Source: Antedon mediterranea | Taxonomy: Eukaryota > Animalia > Echinodermata | Length of the DNA: 64,000 bases | NCBI RefSeq assembly: GCF_964355755.1 | Contig: NC_092673.1 | Coordinates: 21,821,648-21,885,647, forward strand | Reading direction: 5' to 3' | Part shown: positions 51,301 to 64,000 of the stretch, one piece after another | Layout: every line of letters begins with the position of its first letter | Numbering within the stretch: the stretch's first letter is position 1 | Position numbers and translations under genes: made by a program | The notes under the pieces: model-generated | What the model was told of the DNA's origin: nothing | Databases searched by the model: none | What the model saw: only the letters and a program-made list of their open reading frames with translations

Positions 51301-52613
51301 GTACGTGTGTGTGTGCTGCTGCTGTAAAAAAAACAACACATCCGATCCGATACATGTAATTTGTTATGGATTATTTAACCTTTTTACTAAACTACACAGT
51401 CTAGGCCTACTAGATAAATAGCACCCTATGCTCTCTAGGCCTAGACTATTAGACTAGTAATTCTTACTTAGGCCTAAAAGTATAGGCCATTAGTGCAAAA
51501 ACCGGATCATCCCAAAATAGTTTAGTTACCTAGCTAGGCCTAGCTAGGCTAGTAGAGGTGAGGAGGCCCTACTCACTAGCCCCTAGCTAGCCATAAATAG
51601 CCATAGAGGCCTACCTAGGCCTAGTAGTAGTAGGCATAGGCCTAGGCCTACATAATAAGCCTGAGTGAGGCTGCGGGCTAGCCTAGTTAGTAGGCCTCTG
51701 GCCTAGACATATAGGCCTAGGCTAGTTAGTTGGTTAGCCATGCCTACCTAGGCTACGTTTCATGTGTGTGTTGCTGATGATAGACAACCAAGTATATTAA
51801 GACCATATAAGCCTAGCTAGCTAGTAGGACCGGCCTCCTATATATTGCAGGACCATGACAACTTTTATTTTTATTTTTTTGTACATAGGCCTACAGTACA
51901 TACAATGAAAGGGATCCCAATGAAAGTGACAATACAAATAAAAAAATTGATTTGGTTAGACCAAGGAGGTACAGTAGGCCTATTTATCAAAAAAATGTTT
52001 ATAAAACTTAAAAAGAAAACCTCCATTTAAATATCATTATAATTACAAAAAATTTAAAAAAAAATACTACACTATATAAACTAGCAAATCAAAATTCATT
52101 CAAAATATTAATCATTAATATTTAATATTGTACCTAACACCTCTCCCCCCCCCCCTTTTTTTTTTTAATGAAAAAAGAATGGTTTTACTACTACAGTACT
52201 GGTACTTGGTGGTTGTCCTCTTTAATACTCCACCTGGAAGTCTTGGGGGAGTGGCTTGCCTAAGTTGAGATAATCTCTTTGAATTTGTCATGGTTTGGGC
52301 TTCTATTGTATTTTGGGGTAGTTTGTTCCATTTTCTGGTGGTTTTATTAGATAACGTTGTTTTCCTTAATTGTTTAATTCCTCAAATTAATAATAAAGTG
52401 ATACTGCTTTCTGGTATAGTTATGGATGTCTCTGTTTAGTTTAAAATATCGTTGAATATACTATAGTGGCAAGTTGTCTATGAGCTTTGTAAAACTTTTA
52501 TTACAGTTGACCATCTATCTAAAATCTATCGAAAATGAAAATGTGCCAATCAAAAACCCACTGTACTTTATACTTTTTGTATATGTTTTGTTTTTCAGTC
52601 ATCATCGATTATC

Positions 52614-55600
52614 ATGTTGCGAGGTCTTCAGCGTATTTCTATTTATAACATTTTAAGATGGAGAGCAGCTCCTTTGGTTCTAACAAATCCAAACCGAATC
52701 AGAATAGACATCTCATCCAATAGTAGATATTTGAAACAATTATATTCCTCTGTCAACAATAATCTACGAAACTCTGTTACAACCACCGATCAAGCGAAGC
52801 TTAAGATTGATTTGAATTCTGAAACTATAAAACTGGTGTTTGATGAGGTAAGCGTAGTTCAATGTCCGTTTGTTTGGTTACGAGACAACTGTCATTGTTC
52901 CAGTTGCTATGAACTATCATCAGGGCAGAAACAGAACTTGTTGGAAAACTTGGACCTTGATATACACCCATTAAACGCCACAATAAAAGATCAATCAGTA
53001 ATTGTCAACTGGTCTGATAAACACGTTAGCGAATATCCACTAAGCTGGCTAAGAGATGTCAAGTTTCCCGCAGCGACAGATCCTGAGGATGAGAGGAGAT
53101 ATTGGGGTTCCGAAATGACGAAATCAAAGGTATCAACTTTTTCTTATAATGACATCATGTCTGATAAATCCAGTTTACATTCTTGGCTTTTAAGCTTACA
53201 CACAGATGGAATCACTATTGTGAATGATCTTGGAAGTGACGACAAGAATCTTGTACGATTGGCCAATATGGTGACGCACCCAAGAACTACATGTCATGGG
53301 TAGGAATATTATTATTATATCAATATTTATAATAATATTTCTGATGATGATAATTTATTATGGTTATGATTATTAATCGTTATAAGTTTTCACAATCATC
53401 ATGTTGATTGTCATGGAACTAGTCGGTGTGGTGGCGGTATTCACAGCAGGTTCTGGGTTTAATTTGATTGTTTGGATTTACTCCTTTTTTAAAATTTTTT
53501 TAATTTATTTTTCTTTCATACTTTTTATTCATTTTTACAAGGGTGTGATAATAATGATGTACCTGATAATGATTTGCTTGGGATGTTGTTAAAAATGTTA
53601 TATATTTTGTATTAGCCCTGTGATCAGTTTCTGCATGTCGAGAAAATGGATACAGTAGGCCTGCTGTAAATAAGCCCCTCCCTTCCATCCCCAATAAATG
53701 GAGTTTAATTTCATTAGCAAATTGAAATAGCAGAATGAAAATAATGTTTTTTTTTTTGTATTTTAGGGTTGATTTTGGTATCAAACCAAATACGCTAGAT
53801 CCGACTAATTTGGGCTACACTGGCAACCGACTTGGCTTACACACTGATCTGGTTTATTATTCTTTTGTACCTGGCGTTAGTATACTATACATATTTTTAT
53901 TTTTTATTTCATCATCCAACAACGAGCACAAACTCACCAATTACAGGATGGATAAACTATTTTATAGTTTATGGTGCTTATAAACTAAGTCTCATTTGAG
54001 GCTTAAGGAGTGGAGTTACAACCCTGGCACTAGGTCAGGATTGAACCCTGGACCTTGGGAAACATGTTAACCACCAAGCTACAGCTCTACTACATATTTT
54101 TACATGAGCATTTCAGACTACAGGTTTTTTAAATAATACTTATAGATGCCCTCACGGCAGTAAAAATTAAAAAAAATAATCTAGTAATTCTGGTATATTT
54201 GCTTTATTTATTATGTAAATTTCGTAAACTCGGAAAACATAATTACCAATAAGAACAACTTCCAGTCCACTCAGCTGTAAATAAGTGCCTGGTTGAAAAA
54301 TACTAGGGGGGATAAGGCGGTGTGGAAAGGAACTGGCAACCATACCACGTAATACTTAAGCTCTGTCTACACTATCAAACTAGTTTGACAAAAAAAGGGT
54401 GATGTGCCTAAATGGTAGTGATGTACCCAAATATGGTAGTGATATGACATCATCATGTCCATATAATGGGCACATCAAAGTTTTTTGTCACATAAAGTTT
54501 GATAGTGTAGACCATCAGCTAACAGCTAACAACTCATTCCCCATTCAGAATAAATACTGGACTTTAAATTTTAAAGAGTGATTGACTGATTAAAAACTTA
54601 ATTAAATTGTTCTCTGCATATATTTTTCTAGGTGCTAGTACTACATTGTATCACAATGAGTGAAGATGGTGGATTGAGTGAGTTTGCAGATGGCTTCAAA
54701 GTAGCGTACGACTTACAGAAAGAAGACCCTGAAACATTTGACGTGCTAAGCCGTGTGCCTTTAGCATATCTTGATGATGGGGTGCACGGAATGTCTAAGA
54801 CCAATTATATTTTAATGCATCAGAAACCAATTATAAGGTATTTATATTTTGTAAATCAGTATTTTTTGTATCAGTATCAGTAAAGTGCTATTCACATAGC
54901 AGGGGAGAATTCAGGCGTGTGGGGGGGGGGGGAGGGGGGTGTGGATGAAGCCAGCCCAGGCCTCTGCTAAATTTCATAAATTGTAATGCAAAATATGGGA
55001 AATTAAATTAAGTTCAAGACTTCACTTCACTACTTTTAAACCCCTCTATTCCAAGATCCTGGATCCGCCACTACATATATTATTCATAAAACCTGTTGTT
55101 TGCTTCTCAGTTGATATTGTCTTTTTCAGATTGAAAGAAAATAGTGAAATTAAACAAATTTCACTTGGTTACCCCCACCTAAATAGTCGTATGAGTGTAG
55201 GTATTGAAGACGTAAAGAAAGTGTACAAAGCAATGAAGACATTCTATACTGCCCTCTATAAAAAAGAAAACCTAGTGTCGTTCAAGTTACATCCAGGTAT
55301 GTATAAGATTAATTATCTTGATGATTTTGTCATTTCAGCTGTTTTAATTTTACAAAAGTTTGAATGTCTGTGAATCATGTGATAGTCATGATGAGTGTAA
55401 GATGTCTTTACTCTCATTGTTACTCACCAAAGTTGTTGGTCCTGTAATCATACATTTCTCATTACAGAACTAGTTAACCATTTCCCAATTAGTTTATTTG
55501 AGTAGGCTAAATTACGAATTTCCTCACTTTCGAGTTAAGCTTGAGATTGATAATAAATACCTTTACCCTGATAAACACAGACAAAGTAACTGTCTATGTA

Positions 55601-55866
55601 TAAAATAAGTCATACAAACTGAACTAGAAAATATATCTCATGAATTGAAAGACTTTAGGGCACAAATGTTTTGAGAACAGTGCATTATAGTATTGTACTT
55701 TACAGGTGAAGCTGTATGCATAGACAATACAAGAATTCTGCACGGCAGATCCAAGTTCACGATTCCTCAAGGATGTCAAACCCCAAGACATGTGCAAGGA
55801 ATCTATATGGACTGGGATGAGATCTACTCAAGAATGAGAGGTATTAGGCCAATTCATGTATATTAA
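52614..55866 (+). CDS. BBOX1: Gamma-butyrobetaine dioxygenase-like, paralogue A (442 aa)
   Basis: Exons 52614-53299, 53767-53875, 54632-54837, 55130-55296, 55706-55866 (TAA). Zn motif WLRDNCHCSSC and WSDKHVSEY, Fe ligands HTD and LHGR, GGLSEFADGF, RHVQGIYMDWD. Confidence 0.93.
54359..54512. mobile_element. MITE family A copy (another at ~56465-56608)
   Basis: Same TIR and internal repeats. Confidence 0.8.
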
Positions 55867-56957
55867 CAATCATGGATGTATTATACATATTAATTGTATA
55901 ATAATATATTTTAATATAAATTTACAGGCATAGGCAAACTCTAACCCCCAATCAGTGATATACTAGAAATTAATTAATATTTATTATACGGTGATAAAAT
56001 TGTTAAGAATGAGAAATAGCCCTCACTAAGATACAAGCCCAGAATTTTTTGCTTGATATTATTATGCTGGGGCTTTCGATTGTATCGATTTGATTGGAAT
56101 CTACTACAGGGTAATAATAGTTTTATATAATTATATAGTATATATATATATATTTTTAGGTATTAATAATACTATTTTGGAAGAATACAAATCGACAAAC
56201 TTCACGTTAATATCTTCAATATTGAAGTTACCGGTACTCTTCTAACAAATTCTAAACTCTTAACATATTAAGGATCATGTGTAATAATATATATTTTATT
56301 TAGATCTAAATTAAATAGTAAACAACAGTATTGGTTCATTTTGTTCTACCACATGTTTACGGATGCAGTAGCATTTAACTGAGAAAAATTACGTCTCTGT
56401 TGAGTACAGTAAACACACAAGAATCCTCAATTAACATTTCATATGAAAAAGTACTGGAGTGTTAAGGTATATCAACAAAAAAATGTGATTTCCCCATATA
56501 TGGACGATGATGATGATATATATCACTACTAAATTTGGGCATATCAATACCATATTTAGATACATCACACTTTTTTTGTCAAACTAGTTTGATAGTGTAG
56601 ACAGAGCTTTAGAATTGACTCATTCGTCGTATTACACATACAAAAAATGAGTTCTGGAGCTGGAAAACATTTTACAAACTAAATTTTTTAACTTCTACAA
56701 AAGACATGCAGCTCTCAAGTATGTTTTTAATCGTATATTTTTATCGTATCATTTTTACCGTATCATTTTCAATTCAATTCAATATAATATTTATTTTATA
56801 ATGGTAAGACAATAAAAAATAGAACAATAAGAAACAGTAATACAATACAACTACTATCATGTTTTTAAATGTCAATGGTCGATTCCTTTTATGATTTTCA
56901 AACATTTATGTTTACAAATTTCATATGTACTTGTCTTTGATGTCTTTAATTTTACTG

Positions 56958-59900
56958 TTAAAAGAATATATTTTTGTTTCTAGCAATAACCCTAATACGC
57001 GAGTAGATGCTGTCCCAGTCAATGTAGTTCCCATGCAGATGTCGTGGTACAGCGTTACCTGCGGGAACCAAAAATTCCGCCCGACCGTGCAATGTTCGAA
57101 TGTTATTAAAACAGACTGCTTCTCCTGAAAATATAAATAATAGTAGGTTTAATATGGCAATCAGAAAATTAATCAACATAGTAGGTCTACCTAATAAATC
57201 CAACGCTGGAGGCCGGCGTTTTGAGACTTTTTTGACATATTTTAATGCCTGTTTTTTTATCTGGGCACTGTTCAGCTCAACCCCCCCCCCCCCCCCCACA
57301 CCTGCGTTTAGCCACTGAGCGCTAATAGCCCTTAGGCCACTGACAAGAATTAGCATTTCAATTCAATTCAATTCAATTTCTTTATTGCTGCAAATGCCAT
57401 CAAGGGCTAATATCCGCTTAAACATACTACATCATACAAACATAATTATTATACATATTTATATTTAAAATTTAAACACATAACAATTATACTCATTACT
57501 GCTGTAGTAGTTATTATTATTTTTAATTATTGTAATTATTGTTATTATGATTATTGTTATTATAATAATTAATAAAAGAGTAATACATTATAGGTTACAT
57601 CTTAAGGGCAGTTTTAACGTCAAGCACAGAAGAGCAAGACATGTTAAGATGAAAATATTGAGCGAGTGAGATAAATGATCAAAATTATTAATATTTGGAA
57701 ATTGACTTTTTTGACATATTTTAATGCCTGTTTTTTCATCTTGGCACTGCTCAGGGCCCCCCATACGCTCGAGCTTATGGTGGGGATTGTTACATTATAT
57801 ATTATTTGAGCCAAAGGCCATATAATAAATGTTTGGATAATTCCAAGATAGAGAGATAATCTTTATTTTTACAGACATAATTTCATTATTACAGATGATA
57901 GATATTACCTTGTTGTATTTTAAAGGAAATCAGATTCTCTTGTTTATAGAGTGTGGTATTAAATTTCTTCCAAGCTCTGTAGAAGGATTTCATATTGTCG
58001 ACACTTACACCAGTCCTGATACCACGAACGTGCTGATTGAAGTTGATTTTGTCAATGTTTCCTTTTAAGTCAAGACTGTGGAAGTACAGCGAAACGATAA
58101 GCAGCTCAACTTAGCAACAATTATTGTTTGTGTAGGAACCATGAATGAAGTTAGGATTGATTTATCAACACAAAATTTCTATGTACTTATAATCATTTAC
58201 ATAAGTATTCATTCTTTCATCATTTTAAATGAATAATTTTCACATTAAACTGAATTACGATAAACAAGCGATATAAAACTCAAACTGGAACTAGAAAGCC
58301 CCTCCGAGAGTGCATACCTCCGCCTACTGTAAAATTCTCCTGCATAAGATTTCTCCGGTTAAAAAAAATATATATATATTGGTGTGTGTCTTAATGCTGT
58401 TTGTGATTTAGGCTAATTTCACTACAAGCATGTGTATGCGAGTTTGGTCTAATACAACTCCCTGGTGTAATGGTTATGTAACAAGCCTTTCAATTAACAA
58501 TAGCTTCAATTGACTAACAATAGAACAGCAACATATCTATCTGTATATTCATTTTGGTAAAGATCTTGTAATTACTTTTTGAGTAATCCGATCCTGCTAA
58601 CAAACAAACACATGCTACCGATTACATATACCTCCTTGGCGGAGGTAAAACATGGAATAACTCCCTAGCAACACAAGAGGTTCGACCCATCATTTACAAC
58701 AATATGTTACAATACTACTGTACTATAGTTTACATTGTATTATATACCTACACAAATTGCATGCACTGTATAGATTCACAATTATATACAATATGATGAT
58801 ATACAATACATCGTAGGCCTACACACAATAAATAATCTTCAAAAATATAAAATTTTAAAGATGTATTGTCCCCCAAAAACATGAAAAATGAAAATTAATT
58901 AAATCAGACTTTGACTATGTTATTTTGTAGTTTTAATAAATTTAATCACTTATTAAATTATTACATTATTATTACAGTGAATAACTTGATAAAAACTGCA
59001 AAATGGCCTATTTAAAGTTTGATTTTATTTGTCATGTTTTTGGAGGACAATACTCGTATTTAATATACAAAATGATATTAACTTGTACCTTATAACTGGT
59101 TTTGAATGTTTTAAATAATATTCTGATTTGGACACCTCGTCAATTCCCTGATCAGAAAATCCTACTGGGACGGTGCTCAATATTCTGAACGTGTCTGGGT
59201 CATCTCGTTTGAGGTCATACGCAACTTTAAACCCGTCAACAAATTCGCTTTCACCACCAATATCGCTCACCTTTATACCGTGTAATAATTGAATCTATCA
59301 ACGTGAATGAAACACAAATTAGTACCGTGTAATTCGTAAATACTTTAGTGCATTTTTTCCAGAATGAGTTCAAGATGCATTGTTCCCCAAAAACATAAAA
59401 AGTATAGTCCCCTCCCAGTACATGCATATTAATTAGGACCGTTCCTTAAAATGGATGTAGGCCTACTGGTGAGAAGAAAAAGAGAGCTTGATATAATAAA
59501 ACGTTTATAATAGAGAGAAGAAAACGTATTATAGCCAGGACAGACTGTATTACATTGAATATTGAAATAAAACTGTATCTGGACAAAACCATATTTACTG
59601 GGTTTACACTCTGTGACTGTGTGAAATCCTGCCACTGAGACTATATGAGACTGGAACATCTTGTATAAATGGGATGTAAAACTATTGTAAGGTTGTTGGA
59701 TAGTAGAGGTTGGATATTCGATTGTAAAAGTTATTGTGAAGCTGTTGTTAAAATTGCTTACTGGATTGTTGAAGTTGATTGAAATCAAAGCTTTGTTTTG
59801 AGTTATTTTACAACTTTGTGGATTTTTTGTGTGTACTTTTATGTGAGTTCCTAAAGTATTTTCAACCGTTTGGAAACATACGTAAAGGGAGTTCGTGACA

Positions 59901-62200
59901 AACCCACTAACGTAACAATCAACCACTAAAAAGCGTGGTTCCCACTAGAAAGCAACGCATTGACGTATTGACGAAAAGTGATGTATTGCGTCGCTAGTGG
60001 GAACCACGCTTTAACCTTGGTTCCCACTAGAACGTAACGCAAGGACGTAAACGCAACGCAAGCGTTTTAACCAATGACAAGCGAAGTTATAGACAGTTAC
60101 CAATCACAAGCGAATAAGACATCGCTTGTGATTGGTCAATTCACTTGCGTTGCGTTCCGTCCTTGTGTTGCGTCGCTAGTGGGAACCACGCTTAAAGCAC
60201 CAATGTATTATTAACCAAAAATAGTGGTTAATTTTTACGTTAAGCTTGGTTCTCACTAGCTACGCAACGTAACGCAATCTACGCAACGTAAGAAAATGCC
60301 CTTCCAATCATTGTGTTTGTCCCGCCTGCGTGAAATAAAACCTACGATGTTTGCAGCAATACAGCACTTTGCGTCGATACGTTGCTGCGTTGCGTTCTAT
60401 TGGGAACCACGCTTGTGGGTGATACACGATCACAATTGTGGTTGTTTTTATGTTTCACGATTTCACGTGTCACATTCCAAATACTTACACAAGGCTCGTA
60501 CATATAAAATGGCAAATCGTTATGAAGACATAAACGACATCCAGTATACGCAAGATTATTTGGTTCTGGTTTGCTCTTCACTTCCCAGTCGATACTATAA
60601 TTAAAATAATAAAATTCGTTAAGCTTGTCCCACTAGAACGTAACGCAAGGACGTAAACGCAACGTAGGCCTAAGCGTGTTGACCAATGACAAGCGAAGTT
60701 ATAGACAGTTAGCAATCACAAGCGAATAAGCCATCGCTTGTGATTGGTCAATTCACTTGCGTTGCGTTACGTCCTTGCGTTGCGTCGCTAGTGGGAACCA
60801 CGCTCCCAAAGAAAATAAGGACGTACGTACGTGCGCGTACGAATGATCGCAAACCGTATCAAGCTTGGTTCCCACTAGGACACAACGCAAGGACGTAAGA
60901 CGCAACGCAGGCGAACTGACCAATCAAAAGCAATGGATTATTCGAACTGTCGCTTGTGATTGATCAATTCCCTTGCGTTGCGTACTAGTGGGAACCAAGC
61001 TTAAAGCTACACTGACACTTTTCGGTTTCATGGAACGTAAGACGTGTTCAATAAAGCGCGGTTCCCACTAGGACGCAACGTAACGCAATCTACGCAACGT
61101 AAGCAAATGCCCTTCTAAAATAATTGTGTTTTCGCCCGCCTGCCTGAAATCAAACCTGCGATGTTTGCAGCACTATTGCGTCGTCGGTTCCCTTGTGATT
61201 ACGCAATACAGCAATTTGCGTCGATACGTCGCTGCGTTGCGTTCTAGTGGGAACCACGCTTTATCAGGATTTATTAAAAAATTATTGCAATTAGATCTTT
61301 ACCAAAATTAAAATACAGATAGATATATGGTCAAGGACCACTCCATTAAATTGTGGGCAATCCGGACCAGGGTCTACAAAATAATTGGGGGTTTTTTTTC
61401 AGGAGAGAATTTTACAGTAGGAGTAGGAGTGCCGTAACGTATATGAATTTAAATGAGAACCGAGGGAAAAACACAATTATTATAGTTCGTTCTTACCCGT
61501 AGCATGTTGATCTAGGATGTCCAACTCGTTCAGTCAATGTCAACGAGGCGTCCCTTTCCGTTCCCATACCGGTCACTAAATTGATCCCATGCGTGTGCAG
61601 ACTCACCATCCAGGAATACAAAGCATCGTCATCATTCATTAAATCTTGAAACGAAAACTTTGCCAACTTATCTTTGGTCATCTCAGATCCCCAGTAGCTG
61701 ACCTTTAGCTCCTGGATATGGTCTGTTACTTGCGGAAATTTGTAATTATGAAGCCAATTTATTGGATACTCGCTCGTATGTCCGTCCGTCCAGTAAATGG
61801 TCATCTTCTCTGAATCCATGTTGGCATCTCTGGCAATGACGTCGTCGACGTCAAAGTCATCCACGAGGATCTTCCGCTGTAAACTAGACTTATCAAAACA
61901 TTCGTCGCAAGGACAATTGTCCCTTAACCAAACGAATGGATACCGGGAACTGGTTTTGTCGTCAAATAAGATGTCAATTGTTTCGGATTTGTTATCAATG
62001 TTATAAGTGGATGCAGCATGTTCTCCACCTGGGCTGTATGTTGCAGTAGTTAGATATTTCTGTGTTGATAGTCGTTGGTTTTGATGAATGCAAAGATGTC
62101 TGTTTGTTAGTCGGTGGGTTACGATTGCAGATGTCGTAATCGGAAAGGTTTTCCTCAAAATCGATAGGCCCACATTTGTACGTGACAGAACTCGTAACAT
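56958..62200 (-). CDS. BBOX1: Gamma-butyrobetaine dioxygenase-like, paralogue B (449 aa)
   Basis: Exons 62200-61497, 60594-60489, 59294-59089, 58075-57909, 57124-56958 (TAA). WLRDNCPCDEC, WTDGHTSEY, NLAYT..L.LHNDLP, GGESEFVDGF, INFNQHVR, LHGR, RHLHGNYIDWD. Intron positions and phases are identical to paralogue A. Confidence 0.93.
58289..58648 (-). mobile_element. HINE/DINE-like element related to 7471-8047
   Basis: AACTAG..CTCCGAGAGTGCATACCTCCGCCTACTGTAAAATT ... CCTCCTTGGCGGAGGTAA is the reverse complement of the termini of 7471-8047. Confidence 0.65.
58859..59059. mobile_element. Family B TTAA-flanked MITE
   Basis: TTAA-AGATGTATTGTCCCCCAAAAACATGA ... TCATGTTTTTGGAGGACAATAC..-TTAA; first ~90 bp nearly identical to 43803-43900. 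Confidence 0.75.
59932..61260. mobile_element. Cluster of six Harbinger-like foldback MITEs (family C) around BBOX-B coding exon 2
   Basis: Copies 59932-60010, 60014-60192, 60243-60413, 60622-60804, 60862-61001, 61055-61260. TIR AGC(T/G)TGGTTCCCACTAG / CTAGTGGGAACCA(C/A)GCT with mostly TTA/TAA flanks and ACGCAACG subterminal repeats. Confidence 0.85.
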
Positions 62201-62577
62201 TGTCTGTGAAATAATATTTATAATGAATAAATATACATGGTAATCTAGTAGGTCTATAGATCATGGTCAGAGAAGATCATTTTGTTTAGCATACTGGTGC
62301 TTCCGTGGATACTAAAGTTAAACTTGATAAAGCGGATCGTTACGACCACACATAGAAAATCCACCTCATATTAACAAGTCAAATATAATATCCACATACC
62401 CTAAATAATCTACCCATAGAGATATTATACCTAACCTAAATAATCTCCTAACCCTTTCATATTTATAACCATAAACAACACGGCCAATTTCGTTAGGATG
62501 TGCACCATCCAAATCATGATCTCATATCATCTTCTTATAATAAATTATAGTCTATTCATGAGTTTATATATACTCAC

Positions 62578-63116
62578 TTCTGTAGAATCAGCTAGCTGAA
62601 TAATCACAAGCGCTGGTTATGACCGTACCACGAAAAGAAGCAACCTTACTTAGCAAAGTCCAACTGATAGTTAACTTTATCGATCCATCTACTGTAGCCT
62701 ACATTTGCCTTTTATTATATTGTAGAAGTCCATTTACTTGATTAATATTATTTGATTAGGACTATTTTGATACTGCATACCGTAGCTATATTATTGAAGT
62801 AGCTTTGGCTGAGGAATTATGGAATTGTAAACCATTGATTTTCATAAATAGATATAAATGGAAGCAGGAAGTTGTTATTTGTCAAAGATCATACAGTTAG
62901 TATCTTTACTTTGCTATTGAATTGTACAAACGTCCCTACTATGATGAGGGCTCCCTTTTATAAATAATAACATCATCGTTTCATCACGTCGCGCGGTGGC
63001 GGTCGGTTGTGTTTTTGGGTAATTTCAATGTTTTTTAGACCTTGCTAAAAGACCTATTTTCAAATAATACAGTGTGACATACATATGTATGTCATACTAA
63101 TGTATTGAACTGTGAG
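62578..63116. promoter_or_regulatory. Candidate bidirectional promoter and non-coding first exons for BBOX-B (minus) and SLU7 (plus)
   Basis: Minus-strand donor GTGAGT at 62577; plus-strand donor GTAAGA at 63117; CpG-rich core TCACGTCGCGCGGTGGCGGTCGG at ~62984-63006; acceptors at 62204 and 63531 precede each ATG. Confidence 0.5.
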
Positions 63117-63554
63117 GTAAGATACGATTTGATTCAAGTCAAGGCCGGGTTGAAGCTAACTAAAAAGGTTGGCTGGCTTTGTCTAACTAGCCTAGCCTAG
63201 GCCTAACTTTACTAGGCCTCCTACCTAGGCCCAGCTTTCGCTGTCTTGTTGGCCTGTTTAGCTCTAGGATATAGGGATTTCCCTCTCTTTTTAGCGTAGC
63301 GGGACGTTTCGGCCCGGGAGCCCAAACGTCCCACTACCACTTTTAATATACATTTATGTGGTACAGTATTTATCAGTTTTATGAATTTAAACATATTAGC
63401 CAATGAACGGTATTTTATTTTTATAAATAATAATTTACATTTTTCAATATTTAATTTTAATTGAATTTAACTAAGTCAATAATGATTAGAAAATATATAG
63501 GCTAAACTCTTTCCTTTTTTTTAATCATCAGAAAGATATAAATTTAAATACATT

Positions 63555-63724
63555 ATGTCAAAGTCTCATATACTGCCCTCAAGGGCAAATCAAAGTTCTG
63601 CAGCGGACGAGCAGTATGTCAAACCGTCTTTAGAGAACAAACGAGAAGATTGGAGGAAAGCGAAAGAATTGGAAGAAGCGAGAAAAGCTGGAACTGCTCC
63701 TGCTCTTGTGGATGAAGAGGGAAA
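63555..63724 (+). CDS. SLU7: Pre-mRNA splicing factor SLU7, first coding exon (gene continues beyond window)
   Basis: [28 protein letters not shown] is the conserved SLU7 N-terminal motif. Acceptor at 63531 and donor GTATGA at 63725. Confidence 0.92.
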
Positions 63725-64000
63725 GTATGACCTTTTTTAGCTATAATATTTTATTGAATACTCTGTAAATAATAACATGATGCATGTAAGAGGTTGTATA
63801 GAGAAAAGTAAAATGATATGAGACTAACATTTTATTTGAGATATCACTTGATAATCAATGAAATATTGGTTACTTTTATTTACTTTTTCTATGGCCGTGA
63901 TTAACAACTTTATTACATCTACAAAATAACCTATTCAAAGTCTTATTTAGTTAATCTTCATTTTTCATGTTTTTTGGGGACAATACATTTGTAACTGGTG

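Noticed and set aside
59429-59926. 165-aa minus-strand ORF in BBOX-B intron
   Set aside because: Non-ATG start, no recognisable domain and no fitting splice chain; probably chance or a decayed repeat.
52614-62200. Calling one paralogue TMLHE
   Set aside because: Both have WLRDNC and GxYxDWD signatures closer to BBOX1 than to the TMLHE WLRDHC type. A phylogeny is still needed to settle this.
1-64000. Autonomous transposase or reverse transcriptase genes
   Set aside because: No long ORF with DDE, RT or Rep/Helicase motifs; only non-autonomous elements are visible.

Overview
AT-rich, intron-rich metazoan genomic DNA. The gene content and a Deu-type SINE suggest an invertebrate deuterostome, possibly an echinoderm (inference). 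I reconstructed seven protein-coding genes by hand from GT-AG exon chains with consistent phases. They are: the 5' part of huntingtin (minus, no polyQ); an uncharacterised ~930-aa TSNAXIP1-like coiled-coil gene (plus) head-to-head with HTT; a BDH1/HSD17B-type SDR nested antisense in one of its introns; a tincar-like multipass membrane protein (minus); two convergent gamma-butyrobetaine dioxygenase paralogues with mitochondrial-presequence-like extensions; and the first coding exon of SLU7. Non-coding DNA holds several MITE families, Helentron/DINE-like elements, tRNA-derived SINEs and mini/satellites. The most unusual signal is a layer of TA-xxx-TA words. TACAGTA/TACTGTA appear as 5-bp insertions into otherwise conserved repeat copies, which fits Tc1/mariner excision footprints. 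TAGGCCTA/TAGGCTA/TAGCCTA form dense clusters in promoter-proximal first introns and may be footprints of a second element. No CRISPR array, rRNA or convincing functional tRNA was found.
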